In this document: positions 1 to 12,087 of the stretch, piece after piece
How the letters are laid out: each line of letters starts with the position of its first letter
How positions within the stretch are numbered: the first letter of the stretch is position 1
Origin: Pseudomonadota bacterium
Lineage (GTDB): Bacteria; Bdellovibrionota_B; Oligoflexia; Oligoflexales; CAIYRB01
NCBI GenBank assembly: GCA_031416315.1
Contig: JANOTL010000153.1
Coordinates: 32,001-96,000, forward strand
Direction of reading: 5' to 3'
Length of the DNA stretch: 64,000 bases
Position numbers and translations under genes: made by a program
Notes under the pieces: generated by a model
What the model saw: the letters and a program-made list of their open reading frames with translations, nothing else
Databases searched by the model: none
What the model was told of the DNA's origin: nothing

Positions 1-1
1 C

Positions 2-217
2 CCCGTCGACGGCAGCGAGCCGGAGCTGCCGCCGGGATGCGCGATCGGCGCGAAGCCGCGCGACGCATCGAGTCTCCCGCTCCTCCTGCTGCTCGTCTTG
101 CCGCTGATTCTCGGCGCAAGGTCGAGACGGCGCTACAAGTTGGCCTTGAGCGGCTCCGAGGTGTCGGACCACTCGGAAGCGTTGCCAGCCCGGTCGAACA
201 AGCGAATGCGACCGTAA
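2..217 (+). CDS. 3' end of a gene entering the window, with a C-terminal sorting-signal-like tail (GC, hydrophobic helix, basic cluster)
   Basis: Frame from position 2 reads PVDGSEPELPPGCAIGAKPRDASSLPLLLLLVLPLILGARSRRR..., stop TAA at 215-217; overlaps the convergent gene. Confidence 0.5.
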   Translation, partial: PVDGSEPELPPGCAIGAKPRDASSLPLLLLLVLPLILGARSRRRYKLALSGSEVSDHSEALPARSNKRMRP

Positions 218-1536
218 TATGAAGTTTTGCCGCTAGCCGGATGATTGTCCGTCTTGGCCGACGTGGTCGTGCTCAGGATGTCGCCGCCGCCGACGCTGGT
301 GCCGACCTCGAACTCGAAGTTGCGGAAGCCGGACGGACCGATATCGGAGCCGGCGTCCCATTCCCAGCGCGCGACCTGCGAGACAGGCGTCGCGCCGGAG
401 CCGCGCGGCGGGTTCGGCTTCGGCGGCGCTTCGATGTCGGCGTTGAAGGCGATGCCGTAATTCGTCGCGGCCGTCGCGCCGACGGCGTTCTTCGCGATGA
501 TGCAGACGTAATTCACGCCGTTCTGCAGCGGCTGCACGATGACGCTCGTGCCTGTGTTGTCGGCGTAGACCGCGGTCGAAGCCGCGCAGGTCGGGTCGGT
601 CGCGTCGATACGCACTTCGTAGACGTCGGCGCCCTCGGCGCGCTCCCAGCGCACTTTGGTCGCGATGCCGTACACGCGGGCCGGATCGACCGGATCGATC
701 ATGACGAACTCGCTCGGCGGCGCCGTCGCGGGTTCGACCGGCGGCTCTGGATCTGAAGGATTGACCGGACCGGCGGGATTCGGCGACGTCCCGGGTCCCG
801 GCGCGACGCCCGGAGCGGGCGCGGGCGGTGGCACGACGGTTTTGACCAGCTCTTCGGTGGTGACTTCTTCCGGCTCGACGATCGGCGTCGCCTGGTTGAG
901 GCGCACCACCTGATAGACGCCGGAAGAGCTCGACTTGAAGGTCAAGGTCGAGCCACTCACCGCGAATTTCTTCGCCGAGATCAGGCCGAGCTTGTTGGAC
1001 TCGCTTTCCTCGACGTTCTTGAGGAAAAGGACCGCGATCGCGCTGGTCGAGACGTCTTGCAGCGCGGCGGCTGCCGGCGGGGGAATCGGCAAGGTGATGG
1101 AGAACGGACGCTCGGTGTCGTAGTCGAAGGTCCAGCTCACCACGACGGCGGGGCCGTAGGCCTCGATGATCGTGCCCGTACCGAAGCCGAGCTTCGTCAG
1201 ATTTTTGCGGCTGGCGATCGAACGGCCTTCTTCCAGAGCGATGTCGTAGTCGACGTCGAACGAAAAAGGCAGAAAGGCGAGCTGAGCGCCCGCGATCGCG
1301 CTGCTCGGCGCGGCTTTGATGATCTGCGTGTTCGCGCTCGTCGTCTTGAGCAACGCCTGCACGACGCCGCGGTTCTCGCTCTTCACGGCGGCGTTGGTTT
1401 CGACCGCCTCGAGCGCGGGATCGATCTCGCCCGAGCGCCGGTCCTCGGACTGCATCTTGCCGCAGCCGAAAGGGATGAGCCCGGCCACGACGAGCGCGAC
1501 GGAGACAAGACGCAAGCTGCGAACCTTCATAGGCAT
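133..1536 (-). CDS. Hypothetical lipoprotein with Pro-rich linker and C-terminal fibronectin type III-like domains
   Basis: Signal peptide ending FGC; Pro-rich hinge; W..A.GAD.YEV and YYGRIRLFDRAGN.SEWS FnIII-like motifs. Confidence 0.7.
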   Translation of the reverse strand: MPMKVRSLRLVSVALVVAGLIPFGCGKMQSEDRRSGEIDPALEAVETNAAVKSENRGVVQALLKTTSANTQIIKAAPSSAIAGAQLAFLPFSFDVDYDIALEEGRSIASRKNLTKLGFGTGTIIEAYGPAVVVSWTFDYDTERPFSITLPIPPPAAAALQDVSTSAIAVLFLKNVEESESNKLGLISAKKFAVSGSTLTFKSSSSGVYQVVRLNQATPIVEPEEVTTEELVKTVVPPPAPAPGVAPGPGTSPNPAGPVNPSDPEPPVEPATAPPSEFVMIDPVDPARVYGIATKVRWERAEGADVYEVRIDATDPTCAASTAVYADNTGTSVIVQPLQNGVNYVCIIAKNAVGATAATNYGIAFNADIEAPPKPNPPRGSGATPVSQVARWEWDAGSDIGPSGFRNFEFEVGTSVGGGDILSTTTSAKTDNHPASGKTSYYGRIRLFDRAGNASEWSDTSEPLKANL

Positions 1537-1543
1537 CACGAAC

Positions 1544-1570
1544 TTATCGGCCGCCCCGCACGAAAACTGA
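1544..1570 (-). promoter_or_regulatory. sigma28 (FliA)-type promoter
   Basis: TCAG-N15-GCCGATAA on the minus strand; -10 matches consensus exactly; 7 nt upstream of ATG 1536. Confidence 0.65.
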
Positions 1571-1597
1571 AGAGGGGCAAAACGATGAAGAGTGTCG

Positions 1598-2641
1598 CTA
1601 GCTTATGGCAAGCATTCGGTCGATCGCCCGCTTGGCGCGGACCCGGATTTCGGCAGGGACCTCGACGACGTAGCGCATTTTCTCGAGGCAGTCGCGCGTG
1701 TCTTCCAAGGTGATCTGGGCCATGTGCGGGCAGCGGATGCTGCACAGGCGCAAGACGTCCTTGTCGCGATTCTCCGCGATCACGTTGTCCGCCATCGCAC
1801 ACTCCGTGAGGAGGAGGTAGCGGCTCGCTTTCACGTCGCGCACGTATTTGATCATCGCGGAGGTGCTGCCCGAGTAGTCCGAGGCCTCGACGACCTCCGG
1901 GCTACATTCGGGATGCGCGAGGACGACGACGTCCGGAAACTGCGCGCGCACACGCTTGATGTCGTCGACGGTGAATTTTTCGTGGACCTCGCACTTGCCT
2001 TTCCAGCCGATGAAGACCTTCTCGAGGCCCTTTTCTTCGGTGAAGGCTTTGGCCGGATTGCGCTCGGCGACGATGACGGTCGTCCCCGTCTCGCGTGCGA
2101 CGTTCTTCGCCAGATATTCGTCCGGGATGAAAATGACGCGGTCGGTCTTCAGCGAGGCGACGACCTTCGCCGCGTTGCCAGAGGTGCAGCAGACGTCGGT
2201 CTCCGCTTTCACGTCCGCGTACGTGTTGATGTAGGTCACGACCGGAACGCCGGGGTAACGGCGCTTCAACTCGCGCACGTCCTCCGCCGTGATCGACGAG
2301 GCGAGGGAGCAGCCGGCGCGGTTCGACGGGATCAGCACCGTCTTGTCGGGGCAGATCACCTTCGCCGTCTCCGCCATGAACTCGACGCCGCAGAAGACGA
2401 TCACCGGGTTGGTGGTGGCCGCGGCCTTCCGGCAGAGCTCCAAGGAGTCGCCGTTGAAGTCGGCGACGCCGTGGTACAGCGCCGGCTCCATGTAGTTGTG
2501 GCCGAGGATGATCGCGTTGCGCGCCTTCTTCAGGACGGCGATCTCGTCGACCAGACGGGCCTTTTCGCGGATCTCGAAGTCAGGGACCAGGCCCTCGAGC
2601 TTCTTGGACAGGAAATCGTAGGTTTGGGCGGCGACCGTCAT
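1598..2641 (-). CDS. nadA: Quinolinate synthase
   Basis: ILGHNY, GDSL, FCGVEFMAETAK, AGCSLA, YINT, CTSGNA, CEVH, HPEC, GSTS and CPHM motifs; start trimmed to ATG 2641 after a purine-rich RBS. Confidence 0.95.
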   Translation of the reverse strand: MTVAAQTYDFLSKKLEGLVPDFEIREKARLVDEIAVLKKARNAIILGHNYMEPALYHGVADFNGDSLELCRKAAATTNPVIVFCGVEFMAETAKVICPDKTVLIPSNRAGCSLASSITAEDVRELKRRYPGVPVVTYINTYADVKAETDVCCTSGNAAKVVASLKTDRVIFIPDEYLAKNVARETGTTVIVAERNPAKAFTEEKGLEKVFIGWKGKCEVHEKFTVDDIKRVRAQFPDVVVLAHPECSPEVVEASDYSGSTSAMIKYVRDVKASRYLLLTECAMADNVIAENRDKDVLRLCSIRCPHMAQITLEDTRDCLEKMRYVVEVPAEIRVRAKRAIDRMLAIS

Positions 2642-2654
2642 GGCCCCCCTTCTA

Positions 2655-2686
2655 AACGAAAACGGCGGGCCTGCAAAGGCCCGCCG
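2655..2686 (-). terminator. Intrinsic terminator after flagellin
   Basis: CGGCGGGCCT-ttgc-AGGCCCGCCG hairpin followed by TTTTCGTTT on the minus strand. Confidence 0.75.
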
Positions 2687-2726
2687 CACAAGCAAATAGT
2701 CTTCGAGTCTTAGGATCGGGTCGAGC

Positions 2727-3659
2727 TCAGCCGCGGAGCAGGGCGAGGACGGCCTCGGGCGCCGCGTTGGCTTGGGCCAGGACCGAGATGCCGGCCTGCT
2801 GCAGGATGCGGTTCTGGGTGAATTTCGCCGTCTCGGCGGCGTAGTCCACGTCGCGGATGCGGCTTTGAGCGGCCTGAAGGTTCTCGTTCGAGATCTCGAT
2901 GTTGTTGATCGTGCTGTTGAGGCGCGATTGCACCGAGCCGAGGGTCGCGCGGTAGCTCGAGATGGCGTTTTGCGCCGTGTCGAGGACCGAGAAGAGCTCG
3001 CCGGTGTCGCCACTGCCGAGCTCGGAGGCGGTGAGGCCTTCGCCGCCGCCGTCCGGGAGGATGGAGAAGTCGTCGCCCGTGATGTCCGTGATCGCTTCGC
3101 CCAAGGCGCTCAGCTCGGTCAGCTCGATCTTGATGATGTCCGGGTCCATGTCGGCGTCGATCTCGGGCGCGTCGCCGGCCATGTCCTTGCCGCGGTTGGA
3201 GGCGCCGACGAAGATCTGGATCGGGTTGTCGCCGTCGCCGCCCTGCAGCACTTTCGAGCCGTTGAACTCGGTCGACTCGACGATGCGGGCGACTTCCTGG
3301 CGAAGCTGGACGAACTCTTTGTCGAGGAAGCTGCGCTCGCGCTCGCCGAGGGTGTCCGACGCGGCCTGGGTGGCCAGCTCGCGCATGCGGATCACGATGT
3401 TGGTGACTTCGTTCAGGCCGCCTTCGGCCACCTGGATGTACGAGATGCCGTCGCTGGCGTTTCTCTTGGCGACGCCTAAGCCCGCCGTCGTGGCGCGAAT
3501 GCGCTCCGACACGGCGAGACCGGCGGCGTCGTCGGCCGATTTGTTGATCCGCAAGCCGGAAGACAACTTCTCGAGCGACTCGCCCATGCCCTTGCCCGAT
3601 TCGCCCAAACGGCGCTGGGCATTGATCGAAGCGACGTTTGTCTTGATACGGAGACCCAT
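2727..3659 (-). CDS. fliC: Flagellin
   Basis: LSSGLRINKSADDAAGLA N-terminus; RATLG, SRIRDVDYAAE and QAN C-terminus. Confidence 0.96.
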   Translation of the reverse strand: MGLRIKTNVASINAQRRLGESGKGMGESLEKLSSGLRINKSADDAAGLAVSERIRATTAGLGVAKRNASDGISYIQVAEGGLNEVTNIVIRMRELATQAASDTLGERERSFLDKEFVQLRQEVARIVESTEFNGSKVLQGGDGDNPIQIFVGASNRGKDMAGDAPEIDADMDPDIIKIELTELSALGEAITDITGDDFSILPDGGGEGLTASELGSGDTGELFSVLDTAQNAISSYRATLGSVQSRLNSTINNIEISNENLQAAQSRIRDVDYAAETAKFTQNRILQQAGISVLAQANAAPEAVLALLRG

Positions 3660-3750
3660 GACATATCCTCCCTGATTATGCGCGGCAATCCCTTGCTGCG
3701 CTAAACCAAACTATGTTTATTCGACGCCTGTTCGTTGACTAGGGGCCGGA

Positions 3751-4626
3751 CTAGCGCAGGAGCTGGAGGGCCATCTCCGGCATCTGGTTCGCCTGCGACA
3801 AGACCGCGGTCGACGAGCTGCTCATGATGCGGGCCTGCGTGAGCGTCGCCGTCTCGGCGGCGAAATCGACGTCCTTGATGCGGCTCATCGCGGCCGTTTG
3901 GCTCTCGATCGACGTGCCCAGGTTGCTGATCGCAGAGCCGAGGCGGTTCTGGATGGCTCCCAAGGTCGCGCGCTCGCCGGCGATCCTGTTCAGGCTGTCG
4001 TCGATCGTCGTGAGCTTCGACGCGATGTCCTCACGGGACGGGCCGTCTTCGCCGTCGACGCCGCCGATTTCGGCTTCTTTGCCGAAACCGAGAGTCTCGG
4101 TCGTGAACTTCAAGCCCTCGAGGTTGATTTTGAGGGTGTCGATGTTCTCTTCGGGGGAGGTGCCGCGCGTGCCGACCTGGATCACGAACTCCGACATCTC
4201 ATTTTCGGGGTCGAAGATCTTATTGCCGTTGAATTCGGTCGACTTGGCGATCCGGTCCATCTCGTCGACGAGCTGCGTGTACTCGTTGTTGAGGTAGCCG
4301 CGCTCTTTTTCACCGAGCGTGTCGGTGGAGGACTGAACGGTGAGCTCGCGCATCCGGATCAGGATGTTCGACATCTCGTTCATGCTGCCTTCAGCCACCT
4401 GGACGAGGGACACGGCGTCGTTGGCGTTGCGCTTGGCGACGTTGAGGCCCCGGACCTGCCCGCGCAGGTTCTCGGTGATGGCGAGACCGGCGGCGTCGTC
4501 GGCCGACTTGTTGATGCGGTAGCCCGAGGAGAGTTTCTCCAGGGAGTTCGACATCTGTGCCTGGTTATTCTCGGTATGACGCTGGGCGGTCAGGCTGGCA
4601 ACGTTCGTGCGGATTCGCATTCCCAT
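3751..4626 (-). CDS. fliC: Flagellin (paralog)
   Basis: LSSGYRINKSADDAAGLAI; RATLGAIQNRL; SRIKDVDFA; start MGMRIRTN at 4626 after AGGGAGGA. Confidence 0.96.
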   Translation of the reverse strand: MGMRIRTNVASLTAQRHTENNQAQMSNSLEKLSSGYRINKSADDAAGLAITENLRGQVRGLNVAKRNANDAVSLVQVAEGSMNEMSNILIRMRELTVQSSTDTLGEKERGYLNNEYTQLVDEMDRIAKSTEFNGNKIFDPENEMSEFVIQVGTRGTSPEENIDTLKINLEGLKFTTETLGFGKEAEIGGVDGEDGPSREDIASKLTTIDDSLNRIAGERATLGAIQNRLGSAISNLGTSIESQTAAMSRIKDVDFAAETATLTQARIMSSSSTAVLSQANQMPEMALQLLR

Positions 4627-4712
4627 GACAATTCCTCCCTGATAAAGCTCACTCAACGGCGGCATCCAAGCCCCCGTCATCTGCAAGCTCCACCCTGGAA
4701 CTTGCAAAGCTA

Positions 4713-4739
4713 CCAACGGCTTATTTGCCGAAAACTTGA
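4713..4739 (-). promoter_or_regulatory. sigma28-type promoter of flagellin
   Basis: TCAA-N15-GCCGTTGG upstream of fliC. Confidence 0.6.
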
Positions 4740-4801
4740 ATCTCCGTTTGCGAATTGCCAAAAAATGGCAGGTTCGCGAGCGAGGTCGGGGTCATGAACG
4801 A

Positions 4802-6114
4802 ATGTTGTCTGATTTCCAAAACTTACAAAAAGATATGGATGCGAAAAAAAGCCTCTTTCGCGGGCAATTTCGAGGGCTTGTGGTTGCGGTATCCGGAGGC
4901 CCTGATTCCATTGCGCTTTTTCACCTCCTTTGGCGTCTTTCCAAGGGGGGCAAAGAATTTGCGATCGCGGTCGCACATATCGCGTTTGGACTTCGCGGCG
5001 ACGATTCGGAATCTGATTTCCGGTTCGTCGAAGCCCTGGCGGCGGAGCACCGGGTGCCCTTCTTTTCGCTGCGTGCCGAGCCCCCGCCGAAGGAAGGGAT
5101 TCAGCTGTGGGCGCGCCGGGTTCGGCGCCGTTTCTTCGCCTCGCTGCATCGTGACGGCTGGGCCGTGGCGCTGGCACATCACGAAGACGACGTCGCTGAG
5201 ACGGCGTTGATGCGCCTGGCGCGGGGCGCATCGCCCGGTCGGCTGGACGGGATGCGCGTTTGGGACGAGCCTTATTGGCGACCGCTGCTCCGCTGGCGCA
5301 AAGCCGAGCTTTTGGCCTTTCTCACGGCGGAAAAGCTGCCTTTTCGCACGGACCAGTCCAACGCCGGCCGCGACTACGCTCGCAACGTCGTGCGGCACGA
5401 TGTGCTGCCGGTGCTCGAGGCCCTTTACCCTGGAGCGACCGAGCGCGTGGCGGCGACCGCTCGGGAAGCGAGGGTGCTGGGCGAATGGCTGCGAGACGGC
5501 GGAGACGGCGTTAGCGGAGTCCGGAGCGGCGCTCCTGGGCTTTTTCCGGGACGCAAGCCCGGAGCGGGCGCAAATGGCGCTCGGCGCGTGGCTCACGGCC
5601 CGCCTCCCTTCTGGCGCACAGCTCTCCCGGCAACTCCTCTCGGCCGCGACGGCACGCCTGATCGACCTTTCCGCAGGCGAGCCCCCCCCAGGGACCGTTT
5701 CGATCCTCGCGTTGCCGGAGGGCCGCTCGCTGCAGCTCGCAGAGGGGCGACTCATCGTGGCGTTTGGCACTTCGCCAAAAACCAAGAGAAGAAACCAATA
5801 CGCTAGCTACTTGGCGCATGGCGACTATTCGACCGTCTTTCTCACGCCTGGCTCTAACGCCCTTCTAAGGCGTGACGGACGATGCTTTCTTATCGCGCTC
5901 AGTCCCGAGGCCCCAGGCCCGGCACGCGTGACCGTGGGCGCGACGCGTGGCCGCACGCACAAAGGCTTGTTTCAACGGTTGAACGTTCGTGACGGATCGC
6001 GCGAGGAATATGTGACGATCGAGTATAATGGAGACTTGATCGGACTCTTCGACGGGAAGCGCCCCCTCGAGCATCCCCATCTCTCACTCCAGTTCTTTAC
6101 CCGGGAGCCCCTGC

Positions 6115-6122
<8 letters not shown>
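4802..6122 (+). CDS. tilS: tRNA(Ile)-lysidine synthetase, apparently frameshifted near 5490
   Basis: PP-loop VAVSGGPDS, LAHHEDDVAET, RPLL, DQSN, RN.VR in the frame ending at 5806; a second frame (to 6122) is protein-like and overlaps the ftsH start; tilS-ftsH synteny. Confidence 0.8.
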
Positions 6123-8084
<1,962 letters not shown>

Positions 8085-8088
<4 letters not shown>

Positions 8089-8921
8089 CCCTTTCTGCTC
8101 CTCAAGTTTCGCAGTCGAGAGATCGAGTCTGGGTCATGGCGGTGCTCAATCTGACGCCAGACTCGTTCTCCGACGGCGGCCGGTTTCTGGAACCCTCCGC
8201 TGCGCTAGCGCACGCTAAATCCTTGCTCCAAGACGGCGCCGACGTCCTAGACCTCGGCGCCGAGTCCACCCGCCCCGGCTCCACCCCCGTTTCCCTGTCC
8301 GAAGAAAGAAATCGTCTCCTCCCGGTGCTCGCGATCTTGCGAGACCAGCTCCCCCGGGCGATCCTGAGCGTCGACACTCGCAAACCGGAGTTGATGCTCG
8401 AGGCCGCCGCCGCCGGCGCCCATATCGTGAACGACGTCGAAGCGCGCCGCGATCCGCACCTCCTCCGCCAGCTCTTGGCCATGAATCCCGAACTCCAGTA
8501 CGTAGCGATGCACATGCACGGCACTCCCGAAACGATGCAAAAAAATCCGCTCGCCGGCGCCGCCGCCGTCGGCGCGGTCGCGGCGTTTTTCGCCGAAGAG
8601 CACGCGCGTCTCGTCGCCGCCGGCTTCGCGCCGGAGCGGATCTGGCTCGACCCGGGCGTGGGCTTCGGCAAGGACGATGCCGGCAACGCGCATCTGCTAC
8701 GGGCGACTGCGCGTTTCGCGCAGCAGTACAACGTCGCCGTAGGCATTTCTCGAAAAGGCTTCCTCGGCCGCGCCCTCGACCTGCCGACACCTCGAGAAAG
8801 AGATACGGCGAGCAAAACCCTGGAATTCGGCCTAGCCTGCGCCGGCGCCCGCATGCTCCGCACGCACGAGCCCAAACGCCTCCGCCGCCTGCTCGATGCC
8901 GCCGGCATGGGGGGCCGCTGA
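8085..8921 (+). CDS. folP: Dihydropteroate synthase
   Basis: MAVLNLTPDSFSDGG, GAESTRPG, SVDT, LDPGVGFGK, SRK; GTG start overlaps ftsH stop. Confidence 0.95.
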
Positions 8922-9751
8922 TGCTTGAAATCTTCGGTCAGTTCGGCGGCTGGGCGATCGTCGACATCCTGCTGATCGCCTTCATCATCTATCACCTGCT
9001 TCTGCTGATCCGCGGCACGCGCGCAGCGCAGATGCTCACCGGCATCCTGATCGTCGTCGCCGCCTACCTCCTGTCCTCGATCGTGCCGCTGACGACCTTG
9101 AACTGGGTGATGAACAAGTTCTACTCGTCGTTCATCATCATCATCATCATCCTGTTCCAGGACGACATCCGCCACGTGCTGTCGCGCATGGGGAAAAAGT
9201 CGTTCATTCCGGGAACGGACAACCTCTCGTCCTCGCAAATTCTCGACGAGATCTCGCGTGCCGCCGCGGTGCTCGCGTCGAAGCGCATCGGCGCCCTCGT
9301 CGTCCTCGAGCGCAACATCATCCTCTCTCGCTACGTCGAGGTCGGGGTCCTCCTCGACGCCCGCGTCTCGAAGGAGATCATCGTGTCCGTCTTCCACCCG
9401 AGCTCGCCCATCCACGACGGCGCCTGCATCATCCAGCGCGGCCGCATCGCCGCCGCCGGCTGCTTCCTGCCGCTGACGCGCGACGAGAACCTGGACCCGA
9501 ACTACGGCACGCGCCACCGCGCCGCCATCGGCATCTCGCAGGAGACAGACGCCATCGTCGTCCTCGTGTCCGAGGAGGGTGCCTCGATCTCGCTCGTCGT
9601 CGACGGCAAGGTCTCGCGCAAGATGGACCCGAAAGACCTGCGCAAATCGCTCAACGAGCTGCTCACCGAGGAAGAGGAGGAGGCGAGCGGCCAGCCGCCG
9701 AAATCCAGCTCCGACTGGCTCAAGCTTTTCCGTCCCGGAGGTAAGGGATGA
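8921..9751 (+). CDS. cdaA: Diadenylate cyclase CdaA/DacA
   Basis: Three N-terminal TM segments; IHDGA and GTRHRAA catalytic motifs; VSEE. Confidence 0.95.
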   Translation: MLEIFGQFGGWAIVDILLIAFIIYHLLLLIRGTRAAQMLTGILIVVAAYLLSSIVPLTTLNWVMNKFYSSFIIIIIILFQDDIRHVLSRMGKKSFIPGTDNLSSSQILDEISRAAAVLASKRIGALVVLERNIILSRYVEVGVLLDARVSKEIIVSVFHPSSPIHDGACIIQRGRIAAAGCFLPLTRDENLDPNYGTRHRAAIGISQETDAIVVLVSEEGASISLVVDGKVSRKMDPKDLRKSLNELLTEEEEEASGQPPKSSSDWLKLFRPGGKG

Positions 9752-10686
9752 AGGGCACGAGCGTCGTCTCCGCGGTGTTCCGCAACTTGCCGTACAAGCT
9801 CTCGGCCGTCGTGCTCGCGTGCCTCTTTTGGTACATCGTGCAAGGCGAGGAGATCCTCGAGATCAACCGCCGCATCGCGGTGAACATCAAAGTCCCCGAA
9901 GGCTTCCTGCTGAAAGGCCCGGAGATCCGCTTCAAGGACGCGACGCTGCGCGGCTCGCGCGTCCTCCTCGCCGACTTTTCGACGCGCCCCCTCGAGGCGA
10001 CCCTGAAGATTCAGGAAGGCAAAAGCGGCCAGCTCCGCTTCCGGATCGACAAGGAATACATCAAGGGCTGGGACAACCGGATCAAGCTCACCGTGCACGA
10101 TCCGTATTTGACCGTGTTCGTCGACGAGAAGATGAACAAGAAGGTGCTCGTCAAAGAGTTCCTGAAGGGCGCCCCTTCCGACGGCTACAACATCGAGAAG
10201 ATCAGCATCAAGCCGAACACGGTGACCATCACCGGCTTGAAGAGCGACATCGCCAAGATCGAGGAAGTGCAAACCGAGCCGATCGACATCTCCGACCTCC
10301 AGGGGTCGAAGACCTTCGAGGCCAAGCTCGTCGCCAAGGACATCCCCGAGAGCGGCCTGTCGATCGACAAGGTTTCGGTCAGCCTCCTCGTCGGCGAGAA
10401 GAAGGTGAACAAGCGCTTCGGCTCGGTCCCCGTCGAGGTCGTCGGCAGCGAGTTCCTGACCGCCGTGAAGCCCCGCTACGTCTCGATCGTCATTCAGGGC
10501 ACGCCCGGGGTCCTGAACTTCGTGAAGCGGAGTGACCTCGAGGCCTTCGTCGAGGCCCGGGAGCTCGAGCCCGGGAAGAAACATAGCCGCGCGATCCAGG
10601 TGAAGATCCCGCCGGAGACGGTCCTGATCGAGACCTTCCCACAAACTGCGACGGTCGAGATTTACAACCAGAAGCGCCTGAATTAG
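9748..10686 (+). CDS. cdaR: YbbR-domain regulator CdaR
   Basis: N-terminal TM (KLSAVVLACLFW), repeated beta-rich P..V.I.G units; lies between cdaA and glmM. Confidence 0.85.
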   Translation: MKGTSVVSAVFRNLPYKLSAVVLACLFWYIVQGEEILEINRRIAVNIKVPEGFLLKGPEIRFKDATLRGSRVLLADFSTRPLEATLKIQEGKSGQLRFRIDKEYIKGWDNRIKLTVHDPYLTVFVDEKMNKKVLVKEFLKGAPSDGYNIEKISIKPNTVTITGLKSDIAKIEEVQTEPIDISDLQGSKTFEAKLVAKDIPESGLSIDKVSVSLLVGEKKVNKRFGSVPVEVVGSEFLTAVKPRYVSIVIQGTPGVLNFVKRSDLEAFVEARELEPGKKHSRAIQVKIPPETVLIETFPQTATVEIYNQKRLN

Positions 10687-10713
10687 GTTCGCAGGCCTAG
10701 AAGAGGCGCCCTG

Positions 10714-12087
10714 ATGAAGAAGCTATTCGGTACCGACGGCATCCGCGGCCTAGCCAACGTCTACCCCATGTCGCCTGACCTCGTGTTGCGACTGGGCCAG
10801 GCGATCGGCGTCTTTTTCAAAGAAAAGCTGGCCCACCCGCGCATTCTGATCGGCAAGGACACGCGCCGTTCCGGCTACATGCTGGAGCAGGCTCTGGCCT
10901 CCGGCATCTGCAGCGTCGGCGTCGACGCCTACTTCCTCGGGCCGCTCCCGACCCCGGGCATCGCCTATCTGACGCGCGGCATGCGCGCCTCGGCGGGCAT
11001 CGTCATCTCCGCATCGCACAATCCGTTCGAGGACAACGGCATCAAGATCTTCAGCGCCACCGGCTACAAGCTCCCCGACGAGTCGGAGGAGAAGCTCGAG
11101 GCCCTGATCGCCAGCGAGACCTTGGCGCACTCCCTCCCGACCGGCACCAAGATCGGCCGCGCCAAGCGCATCGACGACGCCATCGGCCAGTATGCCGTCT
11201 TCCTCAAAGAGCAGTTCCCCAAGCATTTGACGCTCGACGGCCTGCGAATCGTCCTCGACTGCGCCCACGGCGCTGCATACAAGGTCGCGCCAAAGGTCTT
11301 CACCGAGCTCGGCGCGGACGTCTTTTTGATCGGCGTCGAGCCCAACGGCTCCAACATCAACGACCAATGCGGCGCCCTGCACCCGGGCCGCTTGATCGAG
11401 GACGTGAAGCTCTATAAGGCCGACCTCGGCATCGCCCTCGACGGCGACGCCGACCGCCTCGTGGTCGTCGACCACAAGGGCGAGATCGTCGACGGCGACG
11501 AGATCCTCGCGATCTGCGGCACCCGGATGATGAAGCAGGGCCGCCTGAAGAAGGCGACCCTCGTCTCCACCGTCATGAGCAACATGGGCCTCGACCTCGC
11601 CATGGAGCGCGCCGGCGGCAAGCTCGTTCGGGCGAAGGTCGGCGATCGCTACGTCATGGAGGAAATGCTGAAAGGCGACTTCAACCTCGGCGGCGAGCAG
11701 TCCGGCCACCTGATCTTCCGCGACAGCGCCACGACCGGCGACGGCATCCTCGCCGCCCTCCACGTCCTGACGATCATGATCGAGGAAGGGAAGCCCGTCG
11801 CGGAGCTGAAGAAGTGCATGACGCGCCTGCCGCAGGTCCTGAAGAACATCTCCGTGAAATCGAAAGTGCCGCTCGAGCAGCTCCCCGACCTCCAGGAAGC
11901 CATCGCCAAGCTGGAGGCCAAGCTCGGCAAGGAGGGCCGCATCCTCTTCCGTTACTCCGGCACCGAGAACGTCGCGCGCGTGATGATCGAAGGCCCGGAC
12001 GCCGACACGATCGACGAGATGGCCGAAGGCCTTTGCGCGGTCGCCACGAAGGCGATCGCCAAACATCAGGGCGGGACGCGCCCATGA
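10714..12087 (+). CDS. glmM: Phosphoglucosamine mutase
   Basis: FGTDGIRG, SASHNP, DGDADR, GGEQSGH, RYSGTE. Confidence 0.97.
   Translation: MKKLFGTDGIRGLANVYPMSPDLVLRLGQAIGVFFKEKLAHPRILIGKDTRRSGYMLEQALASGICSVGVDAYFLGPLPTPGIAYLTRGMRASAGIVISASHNPFEDNGIKIFSATGYKLPDESEEKLEALIASETLAHSLPTGTKIGRAKRIDDAIGQYAVFLKEQFPKHLTLDGLRIVLDCAHGAAYKVAPKVFTELGADVFLIGVEPNGSNINDQCGALHPGRLIEDVKLYKADLGIALDGDADRLVVVDHKGEIVDGDEILAICGTRMMKQGRLKKATLVSTVMSNMGLDLAMERAGGKLVRAKVGDRYVMEEMLKGDFNLGGEQSGHLIFRDSATTGDGILAALHVLTIMIEEGKPVAELKKCMTRLPQVLKNISVKSKVPLEQLPDLQEAIAKLEAKLGKEGRILFRYSGTENVARVMIEGPDADTIDEMAEGLCAVATKAIAKHQGGTRP

Noticed and set aside
1592..2713. Long antisense ORFs here and at 8102-9517, 10750-12066, 46536-48224 and 58678-60270
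   Set aside because: Shadow frames opposite well-supported genes; expected in high-GC DNA
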